64,000 nucleotides of DNA from Candidatus Uhrbacteria bacterium (GTDB lineage Bacteria; Patescibacteriota; Patescibacteriia; UBA9934): the NCBI GenBank assembly GCA_943354605.1, contig CALRCK010000002.1, positions 71,186 to 135,185 of the forward strand, written 5' to 3'. Both the position numbers and the translations under genes were made by a program. Under the pieces are notes generated by a model that did not search any database, had not been told where the DNA came from, and was given only the letters and a program-made list of their open reading frames with translations. Below are positions 1 to 9,199 of this stretch, piece after piece (within the stretch, counting starts at the first letter, position 1; the number at the start of each line of letters is the position of its first letter).

Positions 1-3000
1 TTGCCGTACCTTCCTTGTTCATGTTGTACAAGTGGAAGTCTGCACCAGTGCTGTAGAGCTTGGTTCCGTCCGTGATGTCCGTGTCACACTGGTTCCAGTC
101 GGAACCTGCGTTGTCCGAAGCACTGAACGAGAAGACGATGTTCTTGAGAACGACATCTTCGCCGGATGCTGCGGTCACGTTGAAACGAAGTGCTTCCTGG
201 TTGCCTGGGGTCTTTGCGCCCGATGGGCTGGAAGAGCTCAAGGCAATGGTTGGCTTGGTTTCGCGGATCACGAACTTGTTCATTGCCAATCCAGCGGTAT
301 CGCCAGCAGAAATGCCAGAGATGTCGTTGGTTGCTGACAATGTCTGACCAGAGCTTGAGCCAACTGCACGGGCTTCGCTGGTGCCGTCGTCAAGCACCAT
401 ACGAACGCGCTCGTTTGACGTTGCAGAACCGCTTGAGCGATCCGTGCTTGGGACGTCGATCTTGATGGTCACTTCAGCGTGGCTATCCTTAGCCACGTAG
501 AAGGTAAGGCCGTTCAAGGTGAGACCATTGTTCGTGAGTGCACCGGTAGCAGTCTTCGTTGCGCCAGTGGAATCTGGGTACGAAACTGTCACGAGCGACA
601 CGTTGTTCGAGTACGCTGTGGAGTTTGTGGTTCCAGTATCCGTTGCAGCCTGCTGCTCTTCAACCGTGAGGCGATCAACAACGAATGCTTCGCTTGTTGC
701 GTCGAAACGGAACTTCGACACCGTGTTGCTGGAAGAACCCGTCAACAAGAAGTCTGCAGAAGGAGTGTCAGATGCTGCGGTGACTGCGAGAGAACCAACG
801 TTCGTGACGACAACGTATGTTGTTGGGTCCGTTGTTGGAGCAGCCTCGTCGAAGTTGATGTTCGAGCCGGTCACGGTCGCGGAATCACCTTCAGAGTCCA
901 ACGAGGCAATATCCGACGTTGCATTAATCTGCAAGCCGAACGCGTCGTTGGTTCCTGGGTTCACGTTTGCCAAGTTGCAGTACACGCTCAATGTTTCAGT
1001 CGTTCCGGCTGAAATGTCGAACGAGAAGTCTGCGAAGTTGATTAATCCTGTCGATGCGGACGAAACCGACTCTGGTCCAGAGACCAATGTGGATCCGTTA
1101 TACAACGAACATGATGTAATGCGGTCAAGCGAAGAGGTTCCTGTTGAAGCAGGCTCCTGTCCAGCCAACCAGGTAACCGTGTCGTCTTCACTCACAACCA
1201 TTGTTGGGCTGAAGTCCGTCACTTCAATTGCGCCGCCGTTTGCTGCTGCAAAGTTGAAGGATGCGAACAACACATCAGACGATCCGCGAACGTAGGTGTG
1301 AGCGCCGGTTGGGGTTGATGCCAACGAAACGGTCAAGCCAGAAGTTACAACGGTCATCGCGTTACCCGACAGGTTAGCTGTTGGGATGATGCTGGTGATG
1401 GAATCGCCAGAAGAATCCTCAGCGGCCAAACCGGACGTAAGGTCCATCGCGAGAGTAAAGGTATCACTTGCATCTGCAGTCGATTCCATGTCTGCGGTTA
1501 CCTTGAAGTTCAAGGTTTCACCAGCATCCATATCGAAGTCATCCGTGAAGGAAAGGACTTCCGTCAGAATGCATGAAGTACTTGCTGATGCGAGATCCAA
1601 AGGCCCCATCAACAACGCCCCGGTGTCTGCATTCACGATACGGAGGTCGGAAATTGGATCATTTCCAAGACAGCTATCGTTACCACCAGACGTTTCAACT
1701 TCCGTCAAATTCATTGGCATTGCCGTGATAGTCAATGCGCGCTCTGCAACCAACGATCCCTCAAAGAGAGAGAAGTTTTCCGCCGTGCTGCTGACGTCCG
1801 ACGCTGCTGGACCGCTGAAGGAAGCCGTCAAGTCACCGCCCTGAATGGTGACAAGCGATTCATCGCCGCTTTCGCCATCAAAACCGGTGCGTGTCACGGT
1901 GACTCCGAATCCGAAGTCGTTTCCAACTGCGTACAAGTCAGCACTGTTGTCCAAGTACACCTCGAGGGTGTCTGCAGACTGTCCGCCGATATCCGCCGTC
2001 ACCGTGAAGGTGCGATCAGATCCTTTATCGATGGAGAATGCATTCGAACCAAGGTCGAACTCGACAAGCTTGCTGCCGATGCTCGTTCCTTCTGCCAACC
2101 AGGTATCACCCTGGTACAGCTGGAAGTCGCCATGGTCAGCTTCGTCGTCAATCTTGAGTGTGATGTGCTCAAGAGTGATGTCTTCGGTGGAGTTTGCCGT
2201 GAGCTTGAACTTGCTGATGGTTGCATCCTGTTCGCCGATCACTGGGTTCGTGAGAGAACCTGTGTCAACGATCGTGACGCCACCAACGGAAGAGTTCACG
2301 ATGGTCATGGTGTTTCCAGAGATTGGGAACGATCCAGAAACATCGCCGCTTGCTTCAACGTCCGAAGAGCCTTCAAGGCCAATCGAGAATGTTGTAGCGG
2401 TGTTGTTGTTGCCCATATCGACCACGACAGAGATGTAGCGAGTTTCGCCAGCAGCAAAGTCGAGACCAAGAGAACCGAAGGTTGCCTGACGTGTGGAAGA
2501 GTTCAAGCTCTTTCCATCCGTCAAACGTGTGCTGCCCTCATAAAGGTACACGCCACCCGATGCGAAATCAGATGTTGAAGCGAGGCCCATCAACGAAACG
2601 TTCATCACGTCGATTGATGCTGCGTCGCCTGCGGTAATCTTAAAGGTTGCAACGTTCACACTCGATGCTGCATCTGGAATAGATGCCGATGCTGCAGTGG
2701 ATGATGCAAGCGAAATGCTTACGCCACCAGATACTGAGCTGTCGTCTGATTCTGTCTGCGCAGCATCCATAACAGATGTGACTGCAGAGGTGATATCGTC
2801 GCCAGCAGAAAGATCGCTGTCATCGATACCAGAACCGGAAAGGAAGAATCCAGCCTGGAGGCCGTTTGCTGAACGACCAGCGGAGCTGACCATTCGCTTT
2901 TCGCCACCCCAAGAGATGTAGTAGCTTCCGCCATCCATGTACAACATTCCGTCATATGCGGAAGCAGTCATGAGGGAAGAACCCACGGTGTAGTCTGTGA

Positions 3001-3454
3001 AGAAGACATCTGGAACGTCCTGGATGTGTCCTGCCCATGAAGAGCCGGCGTAATCCATTGCAACGTCCTCAGATTCAATCCAGTGGATGCTTCCATCCGT
3101 GGACACTGCGTATACCTTGTCGTCCGACTGAACCTTGATCCAGTACGAACCTGGGCGGTACACGACATTGCCTGCGAGAGAAAGATCCGCAAGCGCACTG
3201 TCAGAGATTGTGGTGACGTCGTCGAAGTTCTCGTACCACGTCATGTAAGTCTTTTCATTTGGGAACGTGTAGCGCATCCCGTCGTAACCGTAGTAGTAGA
3301 CCGTCGAGAGCGAGGTGCCCTTGATGAGGTCTCCAGCAGATGCTGCTGCTGCAACCGAAGGCTGCAAGAGGCCAGCACCGACAGAGAAGAGCATGGTTGC
3401 TGCAGCAACGGCTACAGACAACGCACGTTTCCCAGTTTGAAGAACGTTTGTCAT
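1..3454 (-). CDS. Large secreted surface protein, partial (N-terminal ~1150 aa; C-terminus lies beyond the window edge)
   Basis: The minus-strand frame (codon top coordinate = 1 mod 3) is open from ATG at 3454-3452 to position 1. No minus ORF in that frame is listed because it lacks an in-window stop, and the plus-strand ORFs here are short fragments. N-terminus MTNVLQTGKRALSVAVAAATMLFSVGAGLLQPSVAAAASA resembles a signal peptide, followed by a Thr/Ser/Gly/Asp-rich repetitive body. Translated by eye; the internal frame was not checked codon by codon. Confidence 0.65.
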   Translation of the reverse strand, partial: MTNVLQTGKRALSVAVAAATMLFSVGAGLLQPSVAAAASAGDLIKGTSLSTVYYYGYDGMRYTFPNEKTYMTWYENFDDVTTISDSALADLSLAGNVVYRPGSYWIKVQSDDKVYAVSTDGSIHWIESEDVAMDYAGSSWAGHIQDVPDVFFTDYTVGSSLMTASAYDGMLYMDGGSYYISWGGEKRMVSSAGRSANGLQAGFFLSGSGIDDSDLSAGDDITSAVTSVMDAAQTESDDSSVSGGVSISLASSTAASASIPDAASSVNVATFKITAGDAASIDVMNVSLMGLASTSDFASGGVYLYEGSTRLTDGKSLNSSTRQATFGSLGLDFAAGETRYISVVVDMGNNNTATTFSIGLEGSSDVEASGDVSGSFPISGNTMTIVNSSVGGVTIVDTGSLTNPVIGEQDATISKFKLTANSTEDITLEHITLKIDDEADHGDFQLYQGDTWLAEGTSIGSKLVEFDLGSNAFSIDKGSDRTFTVTADIGGQSADTLEVYLDNSADLYAVGNDFGFGVTVTRTGFDGESGDESLVTIQGGDLTASFSGPAASDVSSTAENFSLFEGSLVAERALTITAMPMNLTEVETSGGNDSCLGNDPISDLRIVNADTGALLMGPLDLASASTSCILTEVLSFTDDFDMDAGETLNFKVTADMESTADASDTFTLAMDLTSGLAAEDSSGDSITSIIPTANLSGNAMTVVTSGLTVSLASTPTGAHTYVRGSSDVLFASFNFAAANGGAIEVTDFSPTMVVSEDDTVTWLAGQEPASTGTSSLDRITSCSLYNGSTLVSGPESVSSASTGLINFADFSFDISAGTTETLSVYCNLANVNPGTNDAFGLQINATSDIASLDSEGDSATVTGSNINFDEAAPTTDPTTYVVVTNVGSLAVTAASDTPSADFLLTGSSSNTVSKFRFDATSEAFVVDRLTVEEQQAATDTGTTNSTAYSNNVSLVTVSYPDSTGATKTATGALTNNGLTLNGLTFYVAKDSHAEVTIKIDVPSTDRSSGSATSNERVRMVLDDGTSEARAVGSSSGQTLSATNDISGISAGDTAGLAMNKFVIRETKPTIALSSSSPSGAKTPGNQEALRFNVTAASGEDVVLKNIVFSFSASDNAGSDWNQCDTDITDGTKLYSTGADFHLYNMNKEGTA

Positions 3455-3647
3455 AAGTTCTGAAGTCTTTTTTTCCCAAAATAGGGAAGAAGATACCGAC
3501 ATGCATGACCGTGCGGTCTCGACCTTTAAGAGAGCGGACTCCCTTACAATGCATATCGGGGTGCGGGAATTGTGTCTTCACAATCCCTTGCGCAACGACC
3601 TCAGTGAGAGATCGTCGCTGAAGGAAATGCGACGCGAACAATGGACT

Positions 3648-4772
3648 TTATTGTGTAAGAGGATCAGCAGCTGGAGCCGCGGATTGTGGGTCAGCAATCG
3701 ACGATGGCATCGAGGCTTGCATCAGCGCAGTCGTAATAGCGGTTTCTGCATCGGCGAGCGTTGCCTCAATACCTCGGAGTACCGTGTCTGCGTGCTTCAG
3801 CGTGTCGAATGCGGATCGATATCCACCCATCGCGAAGGTGTCCATTGCCGGTGCAACATCGGCAACAGCGATATTAATACTTCGCTCAAGACGATACAGA
3901 TCCGTGTCGGTCATAATTCCCGACGCGCCGAGAACATCCGTATGAGCCTCCAGCGATGCTCGGATCACGGCGATGCGGTGCATATCGAACGTTTTGCGCG
4001 TACCAATAGCAGCAAACTGACGGAGGAACATATCATTCAACTCACGCGTAGACTGTTCAGAATTCTCGTCATTATGTGCTTCCACTGCAACCGTGACGCT
4101 ATCGTCTTGAGCAACCTGGGTTGTCGTTTGTGCAGACGTGACCGCTGCCGATTCTTCCGACGATGCTGCTGGGCCAACGGAATTCGTAATGGTGGAATCG
4201 AGCGCAACGAGATTCTGCTGCACCTCGCTTGCCGTTGCCACGGTTGTTGAATTTCCAGAAGCCTGCAACTCCCGAAGGTTTTGATTTGCAGACGCGACTT
4301 CCTGTGTATACGCATCGATGGTTTGTGCAACGAGATTCGTATCGCGACCCGATGTATCTGATTGTAACTTTGCAACTTCCTTCAACCGCGTCTCAGCGAA
4401 TTCGGTATGCAGCACCGCCTTGCGATCGAGCGACGCGAGCTGAAGTTGTGCACGCTCATTAATAAGCTTCACTGTGTACAGCACATCGCCAGGCAAACTC
4501 TGCTGCGCGGCGTTCACTGTGGTCATCAATCCGCTCACTGCAAGAACGAATCCTGCGACACCAACGGCAACTGGACGCGAAATAAATGATTGTGAAAGCC
4601 AGAGAACGTATCGTGTTTTCAAATTCACCGCTGGATCGGTGGAAGGCACAGAAATATCTGCGCCAATTGCCAGCATCAATGATCGCTTTGCCGCAATCTG
4701 TGCATCAACAGAAAAACCTCCGGCGGATGGTCGGCTTTTTGCGGCGCGGAGTTGTGCGGCAATCTTATTCAT
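3648..4772 (-). CDS. Membrane-anchored anti-sigma-factor-like protein (DUF5667-like architecture: cytoplasmic N-terminus, one TM helix, extracytoplasmic coiled-coil/Ser-Thr-rich domain)
   Basis: 374-aa ORF whose ATG overlaps the stop of the upstream ECF sigma gene (ATGA overlap at 4769-4772). Single hydrophobic segment YVLWLSQSFISRPVAVGVAGFVLAVSGLMTTV. Position immediately downstream of a sigma-70/ECF gene is typical of anti-sigma factors. Confidence 0.55.
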   Translation of the reverse strand: MNKIAAQLRAAKSRPSAGGFSVDAQIAAKRSLMLAIGADISVPSTDPAVNLKTRYVLWLSQSFISRPVAVGVAGFVLAVSGLMTTVNAAQQSLPGDVLYTVKLINERAQLQLASLDRKAVLHTEFAETRLKEVAKLQSDTSGRDTNLVAQTIDAYTQEVASANQNLRELQASGNSTTVATASEVQQNLVALDSTITNSVGPAASSEESAAVTSAQTTTQVAQDDSVTVAVEAHNDENSEQSTRELNDMFLRQFAAIGTRKTFDMHRIAVIRASLEAHTDVLGASGIMTDTDLYRLERSINIAVADVAPAMDTFAMGGYRSAFDTLKHADTVLRGIEATLADAETAITTALMQASMPSSIADPQSAAPAADPLTQ

Positions 4773-5308
4773 AGCGTATCTTTTCCGATCTTTTCTTGAA
4801 GCGCCTTCTTTGCTCGGTGCAAGAGCACCCGAACGCTGTTGGACGTCTTCTCTAAAGCAGACGCGATTTCCCCTACTTCCATTTCACTCAGGTAACGCAT
4901 GACCAGGACTTCGCGATATTCATCCTTTATTCCCCGAAGTGATGCAATGAGATCATCACTTTCGATCTTCGTCGCGATTTCTTCTGAAACCGAGACGCCA
5001 CTGTCTTTTTCCGATGCCGAGTCCAACGCCTCGGTCACCTTGTACTTCCGATAGAAGTCGGCGACCAAGTTTCGAGCAATGCGGAAGAAGAATGCGTTGA
5101 GGTTGTTTACCGCGCCACTCGTCATGTATTCCCAGCCGCGGAGAAAGACTTCTCCCGTCAGCTCATCTGCATCCTCGTTTCGCGGAAGCTTGAACGCCAG
5201 AAAGCGTCGGATGCGGTCCGCAAACATGTCGTAGATTTCGCCGTACGCCGCGCTGTCCTGATGGCGGTACACGCGGAAGGCAAGGAATTTTTCCCGAAGT
5301 GTTGACAT
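4769..5308 (-). CDS. ECF-type RNA polymerase sigma factor (sigma-70 regions 2 and 4)
   Basis: 179-aa ORF starting at ATG 5308. Region-2-like FLRGWEYMTSGAVNNLNAFFFRIARNLVADFYRK and region-4 HTH-like EVLVMRYLSEMEVGEIASALEKTSNSVRVLLHRAKKAL. Confidence 0.85.
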   Translation of the reverse strand: MSTLREKFLAFRVYRHQDSAAYGEIYDMFADRIRRFLAFKLPRNEDADELTGEVFLRGWEYMTSGAVNNLNAFFFRIARNLVADFYRKYKVTEALDSASEKDSGVSVSEEIATKIESDDLIASLRGIKDEYREVLVMRYLSEMEVGEIASALEKTSNSVRVLLHRAKKALQEKIGKDTL

Positions 5309-5394
5309 GTATTAAGACGCAAGAGGCGACAAAGTATTACAGTGCCAAAATTAGCACGAACCTTAGCAGGATTTTGCAGAATTGTATATAATTG

Positions 5395-5475
5395 AACCTG
5401 TAGAGACGGCCCGCTGAGCCGTCTCGGATCACGTCCGACGACATCGGAGACGACCCAGCGGGCCGTCTCTACAAT
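5395..5475. repeat. Nested palindromic element (R4): TGTAGAGACGGCCCGCTG...CCAGCGGGCCGTCTCTACA with inner hairpin GAGACGGCC-GCCGTCTC. A related hairpin lies at 12100-12135.
   Basis: Terminal inverted repeats of ~19 bp read directly in the sequence. Copy 2 is GAGACGGCTCGCCGGGCCGTCTCGG. Confidence 0.5.
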
Positions 5476-5528
5476 AAATTTGGCTAACATTCGCGATAGA
5501 CGTAATTCGACCCCAATCATTACACTCT

Positions 5529-5777
5529 ATGGAAGATGCTTCCATTCGCCTCTCTGTTTCCGAAGCTGCAAAATTCTTTGGCGTGAGTCCACGAACCATT
5601 CGAAGGGCGATTACGGATAAAGCCGTGGAATATATCGTGGTCCAAAACCGCTACAAGATCGACCTCGCCTCACTGCTCGACTGGGCAGACAAGACAACAA
5701 CCGTTCGCCACAAGCTGGCAAAAGACGGCATTGGTCAGTTCGTGAACAAGTGGAAGATTCCCACTGAACGCACTTAG
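5529..5777 (+). CDS. Small helix-turn-helix DNA-binding protein (excisionase/MerR-like HTH)
   Basis: 82 aa with ATG start. Motif SVSEAAKFFGVSPRTIRRAI is typical of Xis/MerR-family HTH. Only 3 nt separate it from the next gene. Confidence 0.55.
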   Translation: MEDASIRLSVSEAAKFFGVSPRTIRRAITDKAVEYIVVQNRYKIDLASLLDWADKTTTVRHKLAKDGIGQFVNKWKIPTERT

Positions 5778-5780
5778 ACT

Positions 5781-6992
5781 ATGGAGCCGCTCGACGCCCC
5801 ATTATTTAAGACGTTCCAAACCCTTCCAGCATTTCCATTTGCAAACCTCGTTCGCCAAAACCGTGCAGCTGCCCGTGTCGCTCGAGATACGTTCATCGCC
5901 GATCGCACAACACCAACGTTCATCTATCATCGTCTCGATCGTTTTGATGATGTCGAATACCTCGTGGCGCTTCGCTCGGTTCACGATCGTATCGCATCGA
6001 TTCCCGTCGCCGAGGACATTCGAACGCTCTACCTCGAAAAGCTCGCCGAGCTCACTACGCGTGCTCAGATTATTGCCGCAATAAAACGAAAGGACGACGC
6101 CGCAGTTTCTGCTCTCGCCGATCATCTTTTCGGACCGTGCGTACAAACACGCGCCGAACTTGCCGATGAATTCACCACACTCCTCGCACGGTCGCATGAA
6201 TTGCACACTCATCACAATCGCGTTGATGCCGCCGCATTCGAACGCATGGTTCGCGCAACGCTCGATCATTACGGCATGACCAACTGGACCACGCGATTCA
6301 TCAACCGCCCGAGCGTCTCGGTTTCACGCGGTGATTCGCTGAACCGAGCACCAACCGTCAAAATTCCAAAACACTTTCTGGCCTCTCGCGCTCGCGCTGC
6401 GCGACTACTCACCCACGAAATTGAGGTTCACGCATTGCGAACCACAAACGGTGCGACCTCGCCGATCTTGCTCCTCGGACGAGGACTCGCCGGATATATC
6501 GCTACCGATGAAGGGCTTGCCGTTGCAATGCAACAAAAACTCAAAGCCGAAGAATCGATGGATCCTGGTTTCTGGGATGCATGGGTTGCAGCGCTATCAA
6601 AAGAAGCAGACTTTCAATCGTGCTTCGAAACAATCCGCGATGCTCGACGAAAACTCAACATTGCACTCAACATCGAAAACGCCGACGAAGAAGCGTTCGA
6701 CACTGCGTGGCGTCTCATGCTTCGCGTATCCCGCGGTATTCATCATCCAAATACCGCCGGCCTCGGCTTCCGCCGTGACCATCTCTATCGATCCGGTCTC
6801 ATTCAGGTACGGCAAGCCATCGATACGTTTGGCGAATCAGAAATTCTTCCAACGCTCTTCGCCGGGCACGCAAGCATTGCGCATATCCCGCTCCTTCGAG
6901 CAAAACACATCACCGGCCGAACTCCAGACTTCGTCAGCAAAGACATCGTTAAGACTGTCTTGCGTGCAGAAAAGCAAAGGCGCACACTCTGA
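5781..6992 (+). CDS. DUF1704-family putative zinc metallopeptidase (HExxH; QEGLA-motif / MATCAP-like family)
   Basis: 403 aa. HEIEVHAL (HExxH) and TDEGLAVAMQQ (QEGLA-like) motifs. Family assignment comes from motif memory, not a search. Confidence 0.45.
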   Translation: MEPLDAPLFKTFQTLPAFPFANLVRQNRAAARVARDTFIADRTTPTFIYHRLDRFDDVEYLVALRSVHDRIASIPVAEDIRTLYLEKLAELTTRAQIIAAIKRKDDAAVSALADHLFGPCVQTRAELADEFTTLLARSHELHTHHNRVDAAAFERMVRATLDHYGMTNWTTRFINRPSVSVSRGDSLNRAPTVKIPKHFLASRARAARLLTHEIEVHALRTTNGATSPILLLGRGLAGYIATDEGLAVAMQQKLKAEESMDPGFWDAWVAALSKEADFQSCFETIRDARRKLNIALNIENADEEAFDTAWRLMLRVSRGIHHPNTAGLGFRRDHLYRSGLIQVRQAIDTFGESEILPTLFAGHASIAHIPLLRAKHITGRTPDFVSKDIVKTVLRAEKQRRTL

Positions 6993-6997
6993 GCTAT

Positions 6998-7729
6998 ATG
7001 AACAACCCGATCGTAAAAATCGCAGCCGGAGCGATCGTCGTCATCGCTGTTGGATTGCTACTCTTCCTTTTCCTTCCGAAAGCAGCAACAGAAACCCCAA
7101 CAGCAACGCCAAAAACATCGCAGTCATCGTCAACATCAACGCCTATCACGCAAACGTCGTCGATCTACGAAACCAGTGAACTCGCCCTCACCGTTCCAAA
7201 AGACTGGACCGCGACAGAAGCAACGCAAGACGGAACTGCAAATCCCTCCGCAGTAAACATCACCAAGGGCGAATGGATTCTATTCATCAACGTAGATGCA
7301 AACCAGGCAAGTGGTGTGACGGGCGGACGGTTCGCAGAAATTGGTATAGGAGCACCAAGTGTGGATGCCGTTGTCCTCGAACAACCAAGCGAGTGCGGGA
7401 AGGCGAAATCAACTCCAACATTTGGAGCATTCTCGCGTGTTGATCTTTCCGTGAGCGCGGCAGATGCACAACAGTGGTGCTCAGTGCCGACCAATGGAAA
7501 AACCGTTTGGTTCTTCTCCTATCTCACAAAGACTGGTGTTGGCGGATATTTCAACGACTACGTTACCGATCAAAATCCCGCGCTTGTCGTGACGATGGCG
7601 TATCAAACGTCGGTCATCAGCGATTCGCACACCGTGAACGACCTTCCAGAAATGGGAAGCGCCGACCTCAGCGCCGCATTAAAAACGATGACAGACATCG
7701 CCTCAACACTCACCATCAAAAATCACTAA
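6998..7729 (+). CDS. Membrane-anchored hypothetical protein (N-terminal TM helix, Thr/Ser-rich linker, extracytoplasmic domain)
   Basis: 243 aa. Hydrophobic segment IAAGAIVVIAVGLLLFLFL. Tightly follows the DUF1704 gene (5-nt gap). Confidence 0.55.
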   Translation: MNNPIVKIAAGAIVVIAVGLLLFLFLPKAATETPTATPKTSQSSSTSTPITQTSSIYETSELALTVPKDWTATEATQDGTANPSAVNITKGEWILFINVDANQASGVTGGRFAEIGIGAPSVDAVVLEQPSECGKAKSTPTFGAFSRVDLSVSAADAQQWCSVPTNGKTVWFFSYLTKTGVGGYFNDYVTDQNPALVVTMAYQTSVISDSHTVNDLPEMGSADLSAALKTMTDIASTLTIKNH

Positions 7730-7741
7730 ATTCATGCAACA

Positions 7742-7775
7742 CAAAACCGAGTCTCTTCAGACTCGGTTTTGTGTT
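7742..7775. terminator. Rho-independent terminator-like hairpin (AAAACCGAGTCT cttc AGACTCGGTTTT)
   Basis: Perfect 12-bp inverted repeat flanked by A/T runs, between convergent genes ending at 7729 and 7910. Confidence 0.6.
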
Positions 7776-7784
7776 ACGACCAGG

Positions 7785-7900
7785 AGTTTCACATTTGTGG
7801 CGAGTTTGGGTGCGCGACGAGGAAAGCTCGCGAGACGTACTTCATGTGTACGTTGAGCGAGTTTCCGATGGCGCAAGCCAAAAATCGGCCAAATAAGGAA
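7785..7900 (+). repeat. R1 palindromic dispersed element, copy a (~110 bp; core ...GCAAAGTTCGCGAGACGTACTTC..GTACGTTGAGCGAATTTGC...AAAATCGGCCAAA)
   Basis: Aligned by eye to at least 10 other copies in the window. Internal dyad symmetry around ACGTAC. Confidence 0.7.
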
Positions 7901-7909
7901 GTCCTGCCG

Positions 7910-9070
7910 TTAACGGACCGCAAACACTCCCTGACGAACCATCGCGTGGCGGCGATAAAGCGCAGCAGTTTCCTGCGCAATATCGTCCCAGTGATATTCG
8001 TCTTCCACAAACGTTCGCGCGGCATGACCGATTGCCGCAGCCTGCATCGGATCCTTTGCGAGATCGATAATGCAATCCGCAAGTGTTTCGACATCGCCTT
8101 GAGGAAACGGCACGCCGTAGTCGCTAATCACTTCCATGGTTTCAGGAATGTCGGCAGCAATAACGGCCTTTCCGTGACTCATTTCTTCAAGCACCGCGAT
8201 GGGCAATCCTTCACTGGTGGAAGGATGCACCATAAATCGCGCACCAGAGAACAACGCCGTGAGCGTGTCGCCACGCTGGAAACCGGTGAAGACAATGGAA
8301 TCATCGTACGACGCCATTGCGTGGAGTTTCCGAACATACGCGTCGGTAAATGCACTGCCACCAACAATCGCGAGCTTCATGCCTTTCATCACGTCAGGCT
8401 GTTGCTTGCACGCCAACTGCCATGCAGCGATCAGCGTGTGTGCTCCCTTGTGCGGAACCAAGCGCGCGATCATCGCCACATAATGGAACGGCTCCAAACC
8501 AAATGGCGACAAGAGCAATGGCTCAACAGATGTGCGTACCGGCGTAATGCCGTTTGGAATATACGTTGCACGTCGACCGTATTCCTGTTCTCCGTACTTG
8601 GTGAGTGTTTTGCTCACCGTGATGGTTTCGTCTGCAAACGCGAATGCGGCACGTTCGCCAAGACGAAGCGCAAGACGCGAAAACATTCCCCATTTTTCGT
8701 GGGTACGATCGATAGAGTGGAACGTGGTAACCACCGTTGCTCGTGGAGCAAGCATTCGAGGAATCCACGCCAAAAGCGATGGGCCGACGCCATGAAAATG
8801 ATAGACATCTGGACGGACGAAAATCGCCGCATGAAGTACCGCAAACAACGACGCCGTAATGGTATCGAGGTGTTTGGTGCGGATGCTTGGCGTGCGAACC
8901 ACGCGAATCCCGTTCACGCGATCGGCCCCCTTCGGGACGTACCACGTACGGCCATACACCGTGACCGTATGGCCAAGGCGCATGAGGCGGGTTGCAAGCT
9001 CAACAACGTGGGTTTCCACGCCGCCAAACTGTGCCGGAATCCCTTTCTGTCCAATCATGGCAATTTTCAT
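7910..9070 (-). CDS. GT4-family glycosyltransferase
   Basis: ORF 7910-9109 begins with a TTG codon. A likelier ATG start is at 9070 (MKIAMIGQKGIPAQFGGVETHV...). C-terminal EGLPIAVLEEMSHGKAVI matches the GT4 E-x7-E region. Confidence 0.8.
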   Translation of the reverse strand: MKIAMIGQKGIPAQFGGVETHVVELATRLMRLGHTVTVYGRTWYVPKGADRVNGIRVVRTPSIRTKHLDTITASLFAVLHAAIFVRPDVYHFHGVGPSLLAWIPRMLAPRATVVTTFHSIDRTHEKWGMFSRLALRLGERAAFAFADETITVSKTLTKYGEQEYGRRATYIPNGITPVRTSVEPLLLSPFGLEPFHYVAMIARLVPHKGAHTLIAAWQLACKQQPDVMKGMKLAIVGGSAFTDAYVRKLHAMASYDDSIVFTGFQRGDTLTALFSGARFMVHPSTSEGLPIAVLEEMSHGKAVIAADIPETMEVISDYGVPFPQGDVETLADCIIDLAKDPMQAAAIGHAARTFVEDEYHWDDIAQETAALYRRHAMVRQGVFAVR

Positions 9071-9139
9071 AAGACCGAGTATCGTATCAGTTTTTGGCCA
9101 TTTGGTCAACGAAAAACGGGAGGGAAAATAAAAAAGTTG

Positions 9140-9175
9140 AGATCAAAAAGTGGCTCAGATTAGCCACTTTTCGCC
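9140..9175 (-). terminator. Terminator hairpin AAAAGTGGCTCAGATTAGCCACTTTT downstream of the 9200-10429 gene. A near-identical hairpin lies at 55825-55860.
   Basis: Inverted repeat GTGGCT...AGCCAC followed by a T-run on the minus strand. Confidence 0.5.
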
Positions 9176-9199
9176 TTTCGCTTTCGACTTTAGGCTCAC

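Noticed and set aside
479-2578. Plus-strand ORFs 479-1012, 519-1295, 1386-1844, 1845-2438, 2132-2578 at the window start
   Set aside because: They tile different frames of one region. The minus-strand frame is open across the entire 1-3454 interval with a convincing signal-peptide N-terminus, so these are taken as shadows of a single large minus-strand gene.
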